From positions 1-35,131 of IMG/VR virus record IMGVR_UViG_3300020044_009476: a DNA stretch of 35,131 bases; one strand, written 5' to 3'. This DNA comes from a virus. Taxonomy: Duplodnaviria; Caudoviricetes. The position numbers and the translations under genes were made by a program. Positions 1 to 8,181 of this stretch are shown piece by piece. The notes under the pieces were generated by a model. The model saw nothing but the letters and a program-made list of their open reading frames with translations. It had not been told where the DNA came from and did no database searches. Each line of letters opens with the position of its first letter. Positions within the stretch are counted from its first letter, which is position 1.

Positions 1-389
1 TCGCGTATCTCCACCACGCGTCTGCAGTCTGCGGGGAGGTCTTCCCGTGCAAGAAGTTTAGTTCGGTGTTCTTCATCGACTGAAGGTGTGTTTATTCCGC
101 GAGTCGCTAGCCAAACCCATATATTCGCGTCTTTGGACAACTGCATTGATATCGTTGAACAGGCGGTGGTGAAGTACACCGAAGAACTGCGCGGAATCTG
201 TGGCGGGTATTACGACGAGAAAGGCGAGTGGAATTGGAACGTATCAAAAGCATCTGAGGACGCGAATATACGGGTTTGGCTAGCGACTCGCGGAATAAAC
301 ACACCTTCAGTCGATGAAGAACACCGAACTAAACTTCTTGCACGGGAAGACCTCCCCGCAGACTGCAGACGCGTGGTGGAGATACGCGA
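1..389. repeat. 131-bp inverted duplication (1-131 = reverse complement of 259-389, one mismatch); likely fold-back chimera at the contig end
   Basis: Direct comparison: the reverse complement of 1-131 is gacgcgaatata(t/c)gggtttggc...gagatacgcga, matching 259-389. Confidence 0.95.
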
Positions 390-1689
390 TTCGTTAGGTG
401 CCGCCAGTGTTAAGAAATTATTTGCGTTGTTCTTCCACCTTTGCCCAGACAATCGGGTTCGGGGGTTGTTTGCGTACTGTGGGGCTGACCGAACTGGACG
501 GTTCGCTGGCCGAGGACCACAGCCGCAAAACATGCCCTCCGGTGGCCCAAAGTTGCTTCGATGCGACAAGATAAGTGGTTGCGGGCACTTTTACCAAAAG
601 AAATTAACCTCTTGCCCGTGGTGCGGAGTAGATGCGGCATTTAGTAACCCAGAAGAGTGGGGTCCGGAAGCCGTAGACCAAGCACTGGTAGTTATCGCGC
701 AGCGTAATTTAAGTTACGTTGAACACTATTTTGGTGATGCACTAGGGGTCATATCAGGGTGCTTACGCGGGCTATTCACCGCCGCTCCTGGCAAAGACTT
801 CATAAGTTCAGACTTCTCCGCAATCGAAGCCGTGGTGTTGGCCGCACTTGCCGGTGAAGAGTGGCGAATGGAGGTTTTTCGCACGCATGGAAAAATTTAC
901 GAGATGGGGGCTTCGCTAATATCAGGTGTCCCATTTGAAGAAATAATGCAGCACAAAAAGGATACCGGAGAACACCACCCATTGAGAAAAACTATCGGTA
1001 AAGTTTCAGAATTAGCCTCAGGCTATAATGGTTGGATAGGTGCGTGGAAAAATTTTGGTGCTGATAAGTTCATGACGGACGACGAAATTAAAAAGGCAAT
1101 TCTTGCTTGGCGCGAAGCGTCCCCTGCGATAGTAGAGCTTTGGGGAGGCCAGTGGAGAAAGCACCCTAAGAAATGGCAGTTCTCACCCGAGTTCTATGGA
1201 CTGGAAGGCGCAGTCGTGCAAGCTATTATGAATCCCGGACAAGCGTACAGTTACCGCATGTTGACGTACCAGGTGCACCAAGATGTTCTTTATTGTCGGC
1301 TTCCTTCGGGGCGGCTTCTCTGTTACCACAGTCCTCGCCTTATGCAATCTACCGCACCACATGGTAATCCAGTGTGGCAGATAACTTACATGGGGCAGGA
1401 CTCAAAAACAGGGCAGTGGGTCCGCGACAGCACGTATTCTGGGAAATTGTGTGAAAATGTGTGCCAGAGCGTGGCGCGCGACATCCTCACCTACTCGATG
1501 AAGAACTTGGAGAAAGCCGGGTACCCAATCGTGCTCCACGTCCACGATGAAATTGTCGCGGAGGTGAACAAAGGTGAGGGCAGCATTGAAGAGTTTGAGC
1601 GAATCATGGCAATTATGCCACCGTGGGCATCCGACTGGCCAATACGTGCGGCGGGTGGCTGGCGTGGCTTACGGTATCGGAAGGGGTAG
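88..1689 (+). CDS. Phage family A DNA polymerase, C-terminal polymerase domain; 5'-truncated, and the first ~14 codons come from the inverted duplication
   Basis: RTGRFAGRGPQPQN; motif A SSDFSAIEAVVLA; motif B RKTIGKVSELASGY; ENVCQSVARD; motif C VLHVHDEIV. Confidence 0.95.
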   Translation: MFIPRVASQTHIFASLDNCIDIVEQAVVKYTEELRGICGGYYDEKGEWNWNVSKASEDANIRVWLATRGINTPSVDEEHRTKLLAREDLPADCRRVVEIRDSLGAASVKKLFALFFHLCPDNRVRGLFAYCGADRTGRFAGRGPQPQNMPSGGPKLLRCDKISGCGHFYQKKLTSCPWCGVDAAFSNPEEWGPEAVDQALVVIAQRNLSYVEHYFGDALGVISGCLRGLFTAAPGKDFISSDFSAIEAVVLAALAGEEWRMEVFRTHGKIYEMGASLISGVPFEEIMQHKKDTGEHHPLRKTIGKVSELASGYNGWIGAWKNFGADKFMTDDEIKKAILAWREASPAIVELWGGQWRKHPKKWQFSPEFYGLEGAVVQAIMNPGQAYSYRMLTYQVHQDVLYCRLPSGRLLCYHSPRLMQSTAPHGNPVWQITYMGQDSKTGQWVRDSTYSGKLCENVCQSVARDILTYSMKNLEKAGYPIVLHVHDEIVAEVNKGEGSIEEFERIMAIMPPWASDWPIRAAGGWRGLRYRKG

Positions 1690-1695
1690 TAAACT

Positions 1696-1977
1696 ATGGG
1701 CTTAAACATCTGTCTACATAAACAGGACGGTACCGACCATCCGCATTGGGACGATGGGAGGTTTGGCAGCGACAGGCAGTTTCCGGCACTAATAAATTGG
1801 GAAAAGACGGAACGCCTGACGAACCGCTACCAAGAAGAGTACGGTTTTAGACCGACTAACATCCCTGAACTACGACTTACCCTTGAAGAGCTGGATTGGG
1901 ATGATAAAGACCGGTACTTGCACTTGCTCGATTTGCTTGAACAAGACCCCACAAGTTATTTGTATTTCAGCTACTGA
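1696..1977 (+). CDS. Hypothetical phage protein (93 aa)
   Basis: ORF directly after pol with a GGGG RBS-like element. Confidence 0.75.
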   Translation: MGLNICLHKQDGTDHPHWDDGRFGSDRQFPALINWEKTERLTNRYQEEYGFRPTNIPELRLTLEELDWDDKDRYLHLLDLLEQDPTSYLYFSY

Positions 1978-1986
1978 GGTGTCCAC

Positions 1987-2154
1987 ATGTTGCGTAGAGC
2001 CTACCTTTGGTTACGCTTCGGCACCATCCGTTCAGTCGTTAAGTCGGTAGATGGCGGTGTGGCCTCCGAGATTGAGTACTTCGGGCGCTTTAATAAGTCA
2101 ATTGGCTACTGGGCGTACGGTTCGTTCGACCCAAGTGGCCCGTATCGGGGGTAA
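1987..2154 (+). CDS. Small hypothetical protein, 55 aa (MLRRAYLWLRFG...GYWAYGSFDPSGPYRG); below the ORF-track cut-off
   Basis: GAGGTG RBS before ATG at 1987, TAA at 2152-2154, fills the operon gap. Confidence 0.7.
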   Translation: MLRRAYLWLRFGTIRSVVKSVDGGVASEIEYFGRFNKSIGYWAYGSFDPSGPYRG

Positions 2155-2160
2155 TAAATA

Positions 2161-2328
2161 ATGCAAGGCGACTTCCATGAAAGGCACGAGGCGCACATGC
2201 GCCGTACACCCCTCCCCCGCTTAGAGGGGGACAGCCCGAAGCCGGTTGTAGGGTACATTTTCACATGTGGCGTATGCTTCGGTGTGGTCGTAATGGCTGC
2301 GCTGTTCATGGCCTTTCATCAATGTTAA
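2161..2328 (+). CDS. Small membrane protein, 55 aa, with one C-terminal hydrophobic helix
   Basis: ATG at 2161 after GGGGG; C-terminus VVGYIFTCGVCFGVVVMAALFMAF. Confidence 0.6.
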   Translation: MQGDFHERHEAHMRRTPLPRLEGDSPKPVVGYIFTCGVCFGVVVMAALFMAFHQC

Positions 2329-2342
2329 GAGGAACCAAAGCA

Positions 2343-2687
2343 ATGACAACATTCACGATTAAACCCGCCCCACGTAACGGTGAAGGCGTGCAGTTATCCA
2401 GGGGCACCGAAGTTATTTCCGACGACGGCGTGAAACTCACCGGGGTTAGTAAAGTTACGCTAACCGCCGAGGTTGGGCGAGACGTATGGCACGCCCAAGT
2501 GGAGGCCACGCACCTGCTCATGCCACCCGAAGGTATCCGTGCAGAGTGCGAAGTGGTGCATAACTTCCCGCACGCCGAGCAACTTATCGCTTCCATCTTC
2601 CGCCAGATAATCGAATACAAACCAACCGGCTTGACGGTCGAGTACGATGAAAGTGGTGAAGTGCTGTTGGGTGTTAAAATCATTTAG
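2343..2687 (+). CDS. Hypothetical phage protein (start re-assigned to MTTFTIK)
   Basis: AGAGGA RBS before ATG at 2343; followed by a terminator. Confidence 0.7.
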   Translation: MTTFTIKPAPRNGEGVQLSRGTEVISDDGVKLTGVSKVTLTAEVGRDVWHAQVEATHLLMPPEGIRAECEVVHNFPHAEQLIASIFRQIIEYKPTGLTVEYDESGEVLLGVKII

Positions 2688-2691
2688 CGTA

Positions 2692-2716
2692 AGGCCCCGT
2701 AACAGGGGCTTTTTTA
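2692..2716 (+). terminator. Rho-independent terminator
   Basis: aggcccc-gtaaca-ggggctt hairpin followed by a T run. Confidence 0.85.
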
Positions 2717-2726
2717 TATAAACCAT

Positions 2727-2755
2727 TTGACAGTGTTGTCAGTAGTGATTAAGAT
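2727..2755 (+). promoter_or_regulatory. sigma70 promoter with an overlapping palindromic operator
   Basis: TTGACA (2727-2732), 17 bp, TAAGAT (2750-2755); TGACAgtgtTGTCA palindrome over the -35. Confidence 0.85.
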
Positions 2756-2789
2756 GGGTGCTACTGACAACTAACTTAGGTGTACGAAG

Positions 2790-3155
2790 ATGTTGGAACC
2801 CGAAGATACAATGACATACCACGTCTCAAAGGCGGACTACGTGCCCCTTGTTTTCTCCTGTGTGGCTGCTTACAACCTGTACCAAGACGAGTACCGTGCG
2901 CTGGTTATTAGGCACTACCGTGAAGAACGTAAAAGAAGGGGGCTTCACCACATAACGGCTTCCGACGAAGACCTGTTCAGGGTCCTCCGGGAGCTAGCCG
3001 CACGTAAAGAAAAACCATTTAAACCCGTAAACGCCGAACGGGGGCTGGAGGTAACCAAAGCGATAAGCCATTACTTGTCGCAGGGGAAGCCAGTGCCCTA
3101 CGCACTCATTGCAGAGCTGCGAGAGGTCAGTCAAGTAAGTGGGGCGGCAACGTGA
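2790..3155 (+). CDS. Hypothetical phage protein
   Basis: First ORF after the promoter; AGGTG RBS. Confidence 0.7.
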   Translation: MLEPEDTMTYHVSKADYVPLVFSCVAAYNLYQDEYRALVIRHYREERKRRGLHHITASDEDLFRVLRELAARKEKPFKPVNAERGLEVTKAISHYLSQGKPVPYALIAELREVSQVSGAAT

Positions 3156-3210
3156 AGTTGGCAAGTCGATCAAAACTGATTTTCATACCATTACGCGACT
3201 GGAGTAACCC

Positions 3211-3636
3211 ATGTTAGAAATAATTTACGACGCAGACCTCGTACAACTGCCGATTCACGAAGACTTCACGTTCTTTGGTGTTCCGCGCGGTGACAACTGC
3301 GAGGTTATTATTGAAGACTTCAGCGTCACCCACCACTTGGCCAGCGGTGACGTGGTTGTCAAGGGGCCACGTATTGGGAACTTCCGACAACATGATCGGT
3401 ACGGGAGATTCACGCCCCGTTCTCAAGGACGCATTGAGTTCATCGTGGCTGTCACACCTGAAAGCACACCGTACATTACGGCACTTCTGGGCTGCGACGG
3501 GCTTTGGGTGTGCGACAAGTTATTCGAGACCCGAGTTTCGCAATTTTTACAACCGCGTCAATCAAAGGGGAACTTTCATAGGGTCCCCGGCTACTACAAC
3601 TTTTACTTTTTAGGAGAACACACCAATGTGGTTTAA
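3211..3636 (+). CDS. Hypothetical phage protein
   Basis: GGAG RBS; overlaps the start of rdgC. Confidence 0.65.
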   Translation: MLEIIYDADLVQLPIHEDFTFFGVPRGDNCEVIIEDFSVTHHLASGDVVVKGPRIGNFRQHDRYGRFTPRSQGRIEFIVAVTPESTPYITALLGCDGLWVCDKLFETRVSQFLQPRQSKGNFHRVPGYYNFYFLGEHTNVV

Positions 3637-4504
3637 CAACCTTCGTATTTACACACTCGCCGAAGCGATCCAAGGCGACGTAGCCGCCAAGCTCGCAGAG
3701 CACCCGTTCACCCCGTGCGCAAGTCTCGATCCGGTTAAGTACGGCTTTGTGCCGCCAGTGCCGAACGGTACCGACTATATCCACGTAGTCAACGGCTGCG
3801 CTTTGATCTGCGCGAAACGTCAGGAGAAGCTTTTGCCTGGCAGCGTGATCAAAGAAATACTGGACGCCAAAGTCGCGGAGCTGGGTCGTCCGGTAGGTCG
3901 TAAAGAACGTAGCACTCTGAAGGATGAAATCATCTTCTCGTTGTTGCCCAAGGCGATGACCCGTTCGTCACTGACCTACGCCTACATCGACACTACCAAT
4001 GGCCGCATTATCGTCAATTCGCCCAATGCCAAACGCGCGGAAGACCTGCTCAGCAAGTTCCGTGAAGCGCTTGGTTCTCTCAAGTGCGTACCTTGGGGCG
4101 TTTCGGAAATGCAAGGCGTTTACGCTTCGGGGGTTGACGCCACTCGGCACCTTACCGGTTGGGTACGTGAGTCGCAGGCGCCGCACCAGTTCAAGTTTGG
4201 TGAAGAAATTGAGCTTCAGTCACCTAAAGACGGGCGCGTCGTACGCTGCAAACGCCAGGACTTGACCGCATCCGAGGTACTTAACCACATTGAATCGGGC
4301 ATGTACGTAAGCAAGCTGGCACTGGTGTGGAAGGAGGCTATCCCATTCGTTGTAGACGGTTCAATGGCTATCAAGTCGGTTCGCTACGCTGACTCCTTGG
4401 GGGACAAGTCAGAGGGTGACGCTTTTGACCAAGATTTCGCGGTGATGTCTTTAGAGTTGCGCAACATGCTGGACGCACTTACGAGGGTAATGCCGTGCCA
4501 ATGA
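3626..4504 (+). CDS. rdgC: Recombination-associated protein RdgC
   Basis: MWFNNLRIY N-terminus, GFVPP, EKLLPGSV, LLPKA, KRAEDLLSKFREALGSL, typical length; AGGAG RBS. Confidence 0.92.
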   Translation: MWFNNLRIYTLAEAIQGDVAAKLAEHPFTPCASLDPVKYGFVPPVPNGTDYIHVVNGCALICAKRQEKLLPGSVIKEILDAKVAELGRPVGRKERSTLKDEIIFSLLPKAMTRSSLTYAYIDTTNGRIIVNSPNAKRAEDLLSKFREALGSLKCVPWGVSEMQGVYASGVDATRHLTGWVRESQAPHQFKFGEEIELQSPKDGRVVRCKRQDLTASEVLNHIESGMYVSKLALVWKEAIPFVVDGSMAIKSVRYADSLGDKSEGDAFDQDFAVMSLELRNMLDALTRVMPCQ

Positions 4505-4884
4505 ACATAAACTGCAAGCATAATGACTCGTGCAATGGTTGCACAAACCGCGCGGTACCCCGAACCATGTTAGGTCTTGGGCCGCGTGTTTGCGTTGAAT
4601 TTGTAACGTGGGGTCGTGAAACTTGCCCTGTTAGAGAGCCGCTTCACCGTCCTTGTCCTTCGCCACCCCCGGGGCCGGACGGAACCCTCACAAACATCGA
4701 CGTATCGACCGCCCCACAACGAATCAACAACATCCTACGTGACTTGGAAGTATCCACGGGTTCGGTGGTGGAAAGTATTGAGTTGCGTGACCTTGACGTG
4801 ACGACGGTGGAATGCCGAGAGCAACAACTCGTGCGCAGCGTTGCGATTGAAATGAAACGCTTGCCCGGTACAAAATGGAGTTGA
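4501..4884 (+). CDS. Hypothetical protein with a Cys-rich N-terminus
   Basis: ATGA overlap with the rdgC stop. Confidence 0.6.
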   Translation: MNINCKHNDSCNGCTNRAVPRTMLGLGPRVCVEFVTWGRETCPVREPLHRPCPSPPPGPDGTLTNIDVSTAPQRINNILRDLEVSTGSVVESIELRDLDVTTVECREQQLVRSVAIEMKRLPGTKWS

Positions 4885-4909
4885 CAACACTGTCAGCAAT
4901 AGATAGTAT
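4881..4909 (+). promoter_or_regulatory. sigma70 promoter with the same palindromic operator as 2727
   Basis: TTGACA (4881-4886), 17 bp, TAGTAT (4904-4909); TGACAacacTGTCA. Confidence 0.8.
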
Positions 4910-4920
4910 GTAATCTCTCA

Positions 4921-4966
4921 GTCACGCACCGTAACACACCGTAACACACCGTAACACACCGTAACA
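4921..4966 (+). repeat. Tandem decamer array (GTAACACACC), about 4.6 copies, first copy degenerate
   Basis: gtcacgcacc gtaacacacc gtaacacacc gtaacacacc gtaaca. Confidence 0.97.
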
Positions 4967-5012
4967 AGAGGGTTTGCAGCCATGTGAACTTACACGGATT
5001 CTCGACACTACT

Positions 5013-5038
5013 AAAAGCCCCCGCAGTGGGGGCTTTCT
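5013..5038 (+). terminator. Rho-independent terminator, possibly bidirectional or leaky
   Basis: aaagccccc-gcagt-gggggcttt; short U tract. Confidence 0.75.
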
Positions 5039-5061
5039 CAAATTACCCTGGAGCACCACCG

Positions 5062-5538
5062 ATGGCCAAACGATTTGGACGTAACCAAAAGCGCGCGATG
5101 CGTCAGCAAATAGCTGACCTTGAGCGCCAAGTTGAGCAGCACTGCGGGTCCTACCAGTACTACAAGTCTGCGGTTGAGTACGCAGAAGAAGTATTGGGAC
5201 GCTACACCGCTGCGTTGCCCCCAAAAGATATCGAACACCGTGTAGACCAAGGACGTTCTATCGATATGCCGTTTGGGGCTCTACGCGAATTTAACTTGGA
5301 TCAAGCAGCGGTTGTTACGAAGGCAGTTCAACGTATAGAAATGGGCATTTACCGCACAGACGTTCAATTCGACGGGTTGCGCAACGAAATGCACGCGGTA
5401 GTAAGAATGCCGTCAGGGCGTGCCTACGCGGCGACCATGATGCTTAAGTTCAAGGTACCGCCTAAAGTCATCGCGCAGCAGCTGGCCTCGGCGCTGGAAC
5501 CGGGCGTGTCGAAAGAACTGAGAGGTGCGCATGTCTAA
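5062..5538 (+). CDS. Hypothetical phage protein (MAKRFGRNQKR...)
   Basis: GGAG RBS 8 nt before ATG at 5062. Confidence 0.75.
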   Translation: MAKRFGRNQKRAMRQQIADLERQVEQHCGSYQYYKSAVEYAEEVLGRYTAALPPKDIEHRVDQGRSIDMPFGALREFNLDQAAVVTKAVQRIEMGIYRTDVQFDGLRNEMHAVVRMPSGRAYAATMMLKFKVPPKVIAQQLASALEPGVSKELRGAHV

Positions 5539-5758
5539 CTACCAACGTGCGTTTAATTTGCTCGTCGCTGTGGTCTTGACCGTACTTCTCAATATTTTAG
5601 ATGGCATCCAAAAAGACGTACCCGAAGCCGTTGCAAAACTCGTGGACGACGACACGGTGCTATCCGCCATGCGCAACGCCAAGTTTGACTGCGAGAAGGT
5701 AATCCCGCGCACCCAAGAGTGCATCTTGGTGTACGACTACGTGGCGGTGAGCAAATGA
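5531..5758 (+). CDS. Small protein with an N-terminal membrane anchor
   Basis: GAGGTG RBS; hydrophobic LLVAVVLTVLLNIL. Confidence 0.7.
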   Translation: MSNYQRAFNLLVAVVLTVLLNILDGIQKDVPEAVAKLVDDDTVLSAMRNAKFDCEKVIPRTQECILVYDYVAVSK

Positions 5759-6282
5759 GCTGCTTTGATACGGTCGTGGCGTTGTGCCCTGTGTGCAAAG
5801 GGCCGGTAAATTTCCAGTCAAAGGCCGATAAGTGCGACCTTAAAAATTACGATATCAACTGCGTTCCCGTAAAAATAGCGCTGGATATCCAAGGTGAGTT
5901 AGGTACGTGCGGCAATTGCGACCGGGAGTATACAATTCACCCTATGGTGCATGTGGCCACAATGCCAATGTACCTGACGCCGCACACCGAAGAGTATTCG
6001 CAAGTAAACCATGAAGACCACTGGTCTGCTGCTGGTAAAACAGTGCCCCCTAAACCAAAAACATGGGACTTGTGGATCGAAGGTTACCAAGCTACAGGTG
6101 GAAGCGGTACGGCGCGGTGTTACGCACGTAACTTACCAGGTGACTCGTTCAAAGACGCCGTTACTAAATTTGCCGCAACTCCGCAGGCCAAAGGCCTTGG
6201 GCTGTTCGACGAAGAACGGTTGAGTTTTTGGGGCTGCCGGGCATTCGACAATGAAGAAGACGCGCGGAGGAACCACGGATGA
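5755..6282 (+). CDS. Hypothetical protein with a zinc-ribbon-like N-terminal domain
   Basis: ATGA coupling; CPVC...CGNC. Confidence 0.7.
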   Translation: MSCFDTVVALCPVCKGPVNFQSKADKCDLKNYDINCVPVKIALDIQGELGTCGNCDREYTIHPMVHVATMPMYLTPHTEEYSQVNHEDHWSAAGKTVPPKPKTWDLWIEGYQATGGSGTARCYARNLPGDSFKDAVTKFAATPQAKGLGLFDEERLSFWGCRAFDNEEDARRNHG

Positions 6283-6530
6283 AGCGCCACACGCACCTTA
6301 GCGTAACCGTTGGCTTCCTTAAGCTGCACTGCGCGGTGAAAGACGGGACGCCGATGCGGTACTGGTACTACATCAAACTCGGTTCGCGTTGGTACCCCTT
6401 TGACGTACGGGCGGTGGCTAAGGCAGCAGGGCACGATTTGCCAGCACTTGACCACGCTGACGCGCAAGAGAACCTTTACAACGTGGCGAAATGGTGCCAA
6501 GGCATCAACGCACAGGATTACATCAAATGA
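6279..6530 (+). CDS. Hypothetical phage protein
   Basis: GGAGG RBS; ATGA overlaps at both ends. Confidence 0.75.
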   Translation: MKRHTHLSVTVGFLKLHCAVKDGTPMRYWYYIKLGSRWYPFDVRAVAKAAGHDLPALDHADAQENLYNVAKWCQGINAQDYIK

Positions 6531-6997
6531 TCAAGATACTTCTAATCTACACGCTTTACTGCATCTGGGTGGTGTGCAACATTTCGGACCTGGTGCTTAA
6601 CCTCGCGGCGTGCGTTACGGTATTCACGATGTGCTTGTTGATATGGGTCGGGCTTCGCAGCAAACCTAAGCTGCGCGTGGTGATTCGCGGCTTTGTCAAG
6701 GGTGGCTTTCAGATAGCGCCGGAAGATGAGTCTGACGAACAGATGTGCCAAGACTTTGCTGAACAGTGCTGCGGGTTTGATAGCTTTGAAGAGGCTCAGG
6801 CTTTTGCTGAGGGGGCAGGTTGGATAGTCGTTAATTATGCACCGTTGCCAAAGAACACGTGCCCCGAGTGTCTGGCGCCACTGCACCCAATCCGCAGTCA
6901 ATTCATCAAGATGTGCGGCTCGTGCGACTACCAAGAGCCTTGGGAGTTGAAGCATGGGCAGAAACCGCTCGTAACTAATAATCGGCAGAAGGGGTGA
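6527..6997 (+). CDS. Membrane protein (two N-terminal helices) with a C-terminal zinc ribbon
   Basis: ATGA coupling; hydrophobic N-terminus; CPEC...CGSC. Confidence 0.65.
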   Translation: MIKILLIYTLYCIWVVCNISDLVLNLAACVTVFTMCLLIWVGLRSKPKLRVVIRGFVKGGFQIAPEDESDEQMCQDFAEQCCGFDSFEEAQAFAEGAGWIVVNYAPLPKNTCPECLAPLHPIRSQFIKMCGSCDYQEPWELKHGQKPLVTNNRQKG

Positions 6998-7000
6998 GCT

Positions 7001-7333
7001 ATGAAACAACTTTACCGCTACTATGAAGTGTCTTACGAAGGTTGCGTATCTATCGTGCTTGAGACATTCCGCGTGGTTAAAGAAACCGATGCGTCGTACT
7101 GGTACGTGCCCAAGCATGGCCCAGACAAGCCACGGATTGTGCGCAAGGGCGCAACGCGCAGCAAGTGTTACGACACGCGTGAGGCAGCTTGGGCGTCGTT
7201 CAGGCTTCGTAAGCGTGCGCAGATCGCGCACATGCGTAGTAAAATCGGCACCCTACAATGGCTGCTGCCGCAGTTGAACGACGAGGCCCTGGCCACTACT
7301 AAAGACTTTTACTACTCAGGGGATGTAAATTGA
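7001..7333 (+). CDS. Hypothetical phage protein
   Basis: GGGGTG RBS; overlaps the thyA start. Confidence 0.7.
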   Translation: MKQLYRYYEVSYEGCVSIVLETFRVVKETDASYWYVPKHGPDKPRIVRKGATRSKCYDTREAAWASFRLRKRAQIAHMRSKIGTLQWLLPQLNDEALATTKDFYYSGDVN

Positions 7334-8181
7334 AGCAATACCTTGACCTATGCAACCGCGTGATCAACGAAGGCGTTTGGGTTACCAACGAACGTACCGG
7401 CAAGCGCTGTCTCACCGTTATCAACGCGGACTTTGAGTACGACCTGCGTGACGGGAAGTTCCCTGTGTTGACCACAAAGAAAGTAGCGTGGCGTCCGGCA
7501 ATTGCCGAAATGCTAGGCTACCTGCGTGGCTACACGTCCGCCGCGCAATTCCGCGCTATCGGGTGCAACACCTGGAACGCCAATGCGAATGAAAACAAAG
7601 CGTGGTTGGCCAACCCTTTCCGTGAAGGAATCGACCACCTCGGGAGGTGCTATGGCGCCCAAGGCCGTGACTGGAAGAACCCCGAAGGCAAGAGCATCGA
7701 CCAGTTGCGTGACGTGTACGAAGATTTGCGCAGGGGTATCGACAACCGCAGCGAGATCATGACGTTTATGAATCCTGGCGAGCGTGACCGTGCGTGCCTT
7801 AACGCTTGTATGCACACCCACACCTTCAGCATTCTCGACGGTTATCTGTACCTTACGTCCTACCAACGCTCGGATGACTTGCCACTTGGCCACGCATTCA
7901 ATCAGGTGCAGGTCGCATGGCTGCTTCTCGTTATGGCAAAAATTACCGGTCTCAAGCCGGGCATCGCGTACCATAAGATCGTGAACGCCCATATCTACGA
8001 AGACCAGTTAGAAACACTGCGTGATGTTCAGTTGGTGCGTGAGCCGCGCAAGTTGCCCACAATGGTGGTACCTGCGGGGCTAAAGACACTGGAAGACCTT
8101 GAGACTTGGGTGCTTCCGGAGCACTTCGAGCTTGTCGGGTACGAACCGCACGATGCAATTAAATACGAGTTCAGCGTATGA
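7330..8181 (+). CDS. thyA: Thymidylate synthase (Vibrio/Shewanella/Pasteurella-type ThyA)
   Basis: MKQYLDL..RTGKRCLTVINAD; catalytic Cys in CLNACMHTH; YQRSxD; FNQ; NAHIYE; ends YEFSV; TTG start. Confidence 0.95.
   Translation: MKQYLDLCNRVINEGVWVTNERTGKRCLTVINADFEYDLRDGKFPVLTTKKVAWRPAIAEMLGYLRGYTSAAQFRAIGCNTWNANANENKAWLANPFREGIDHLGRCYGAQGRDWKNPEGKSIDQLRDVYEDLRRGIDNRSEIMTFMNPGERDRACLNACMHTHTFSILDGYLYLTSYQRSDDLPLGHAFNQVQVAWLLLVMAKITGLKPGIAYHKIVNAHIYEDQLETLRDVQLVREPRKLPTMVVPAGLKTLEDLETWVLPEHFELVGYEPHDAIKYEFSV

Larger units (their letters stand above)
4916..5038 (+). ncRNA. Candidate ~120-nt small RNA or leader RNA
   Basis: Bounded by a promoter and a terminator; holds the repeats and a hairpin but no complete credible ORF. 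Confidence 0.45.

Noticed and set aside
1-389. Hairpin telomere (protelomerase-type end)
   Set aside because: The arms are separated by 127 nt of unique coding sequence and interrupt an essential gene; this fits a chimera better.
4921-4966. CRISPR or mini-array
   Set aside because: The repeats are 10 bp and contiguous, with no spacers and no cas genes.
7330-8181. dCMP hydroxymethylase for hypermodified DNA
   Set aside because: The specificity Asn is retained, the protein closely resembles cellular ThyA, and no companion modification genes lie nearby.
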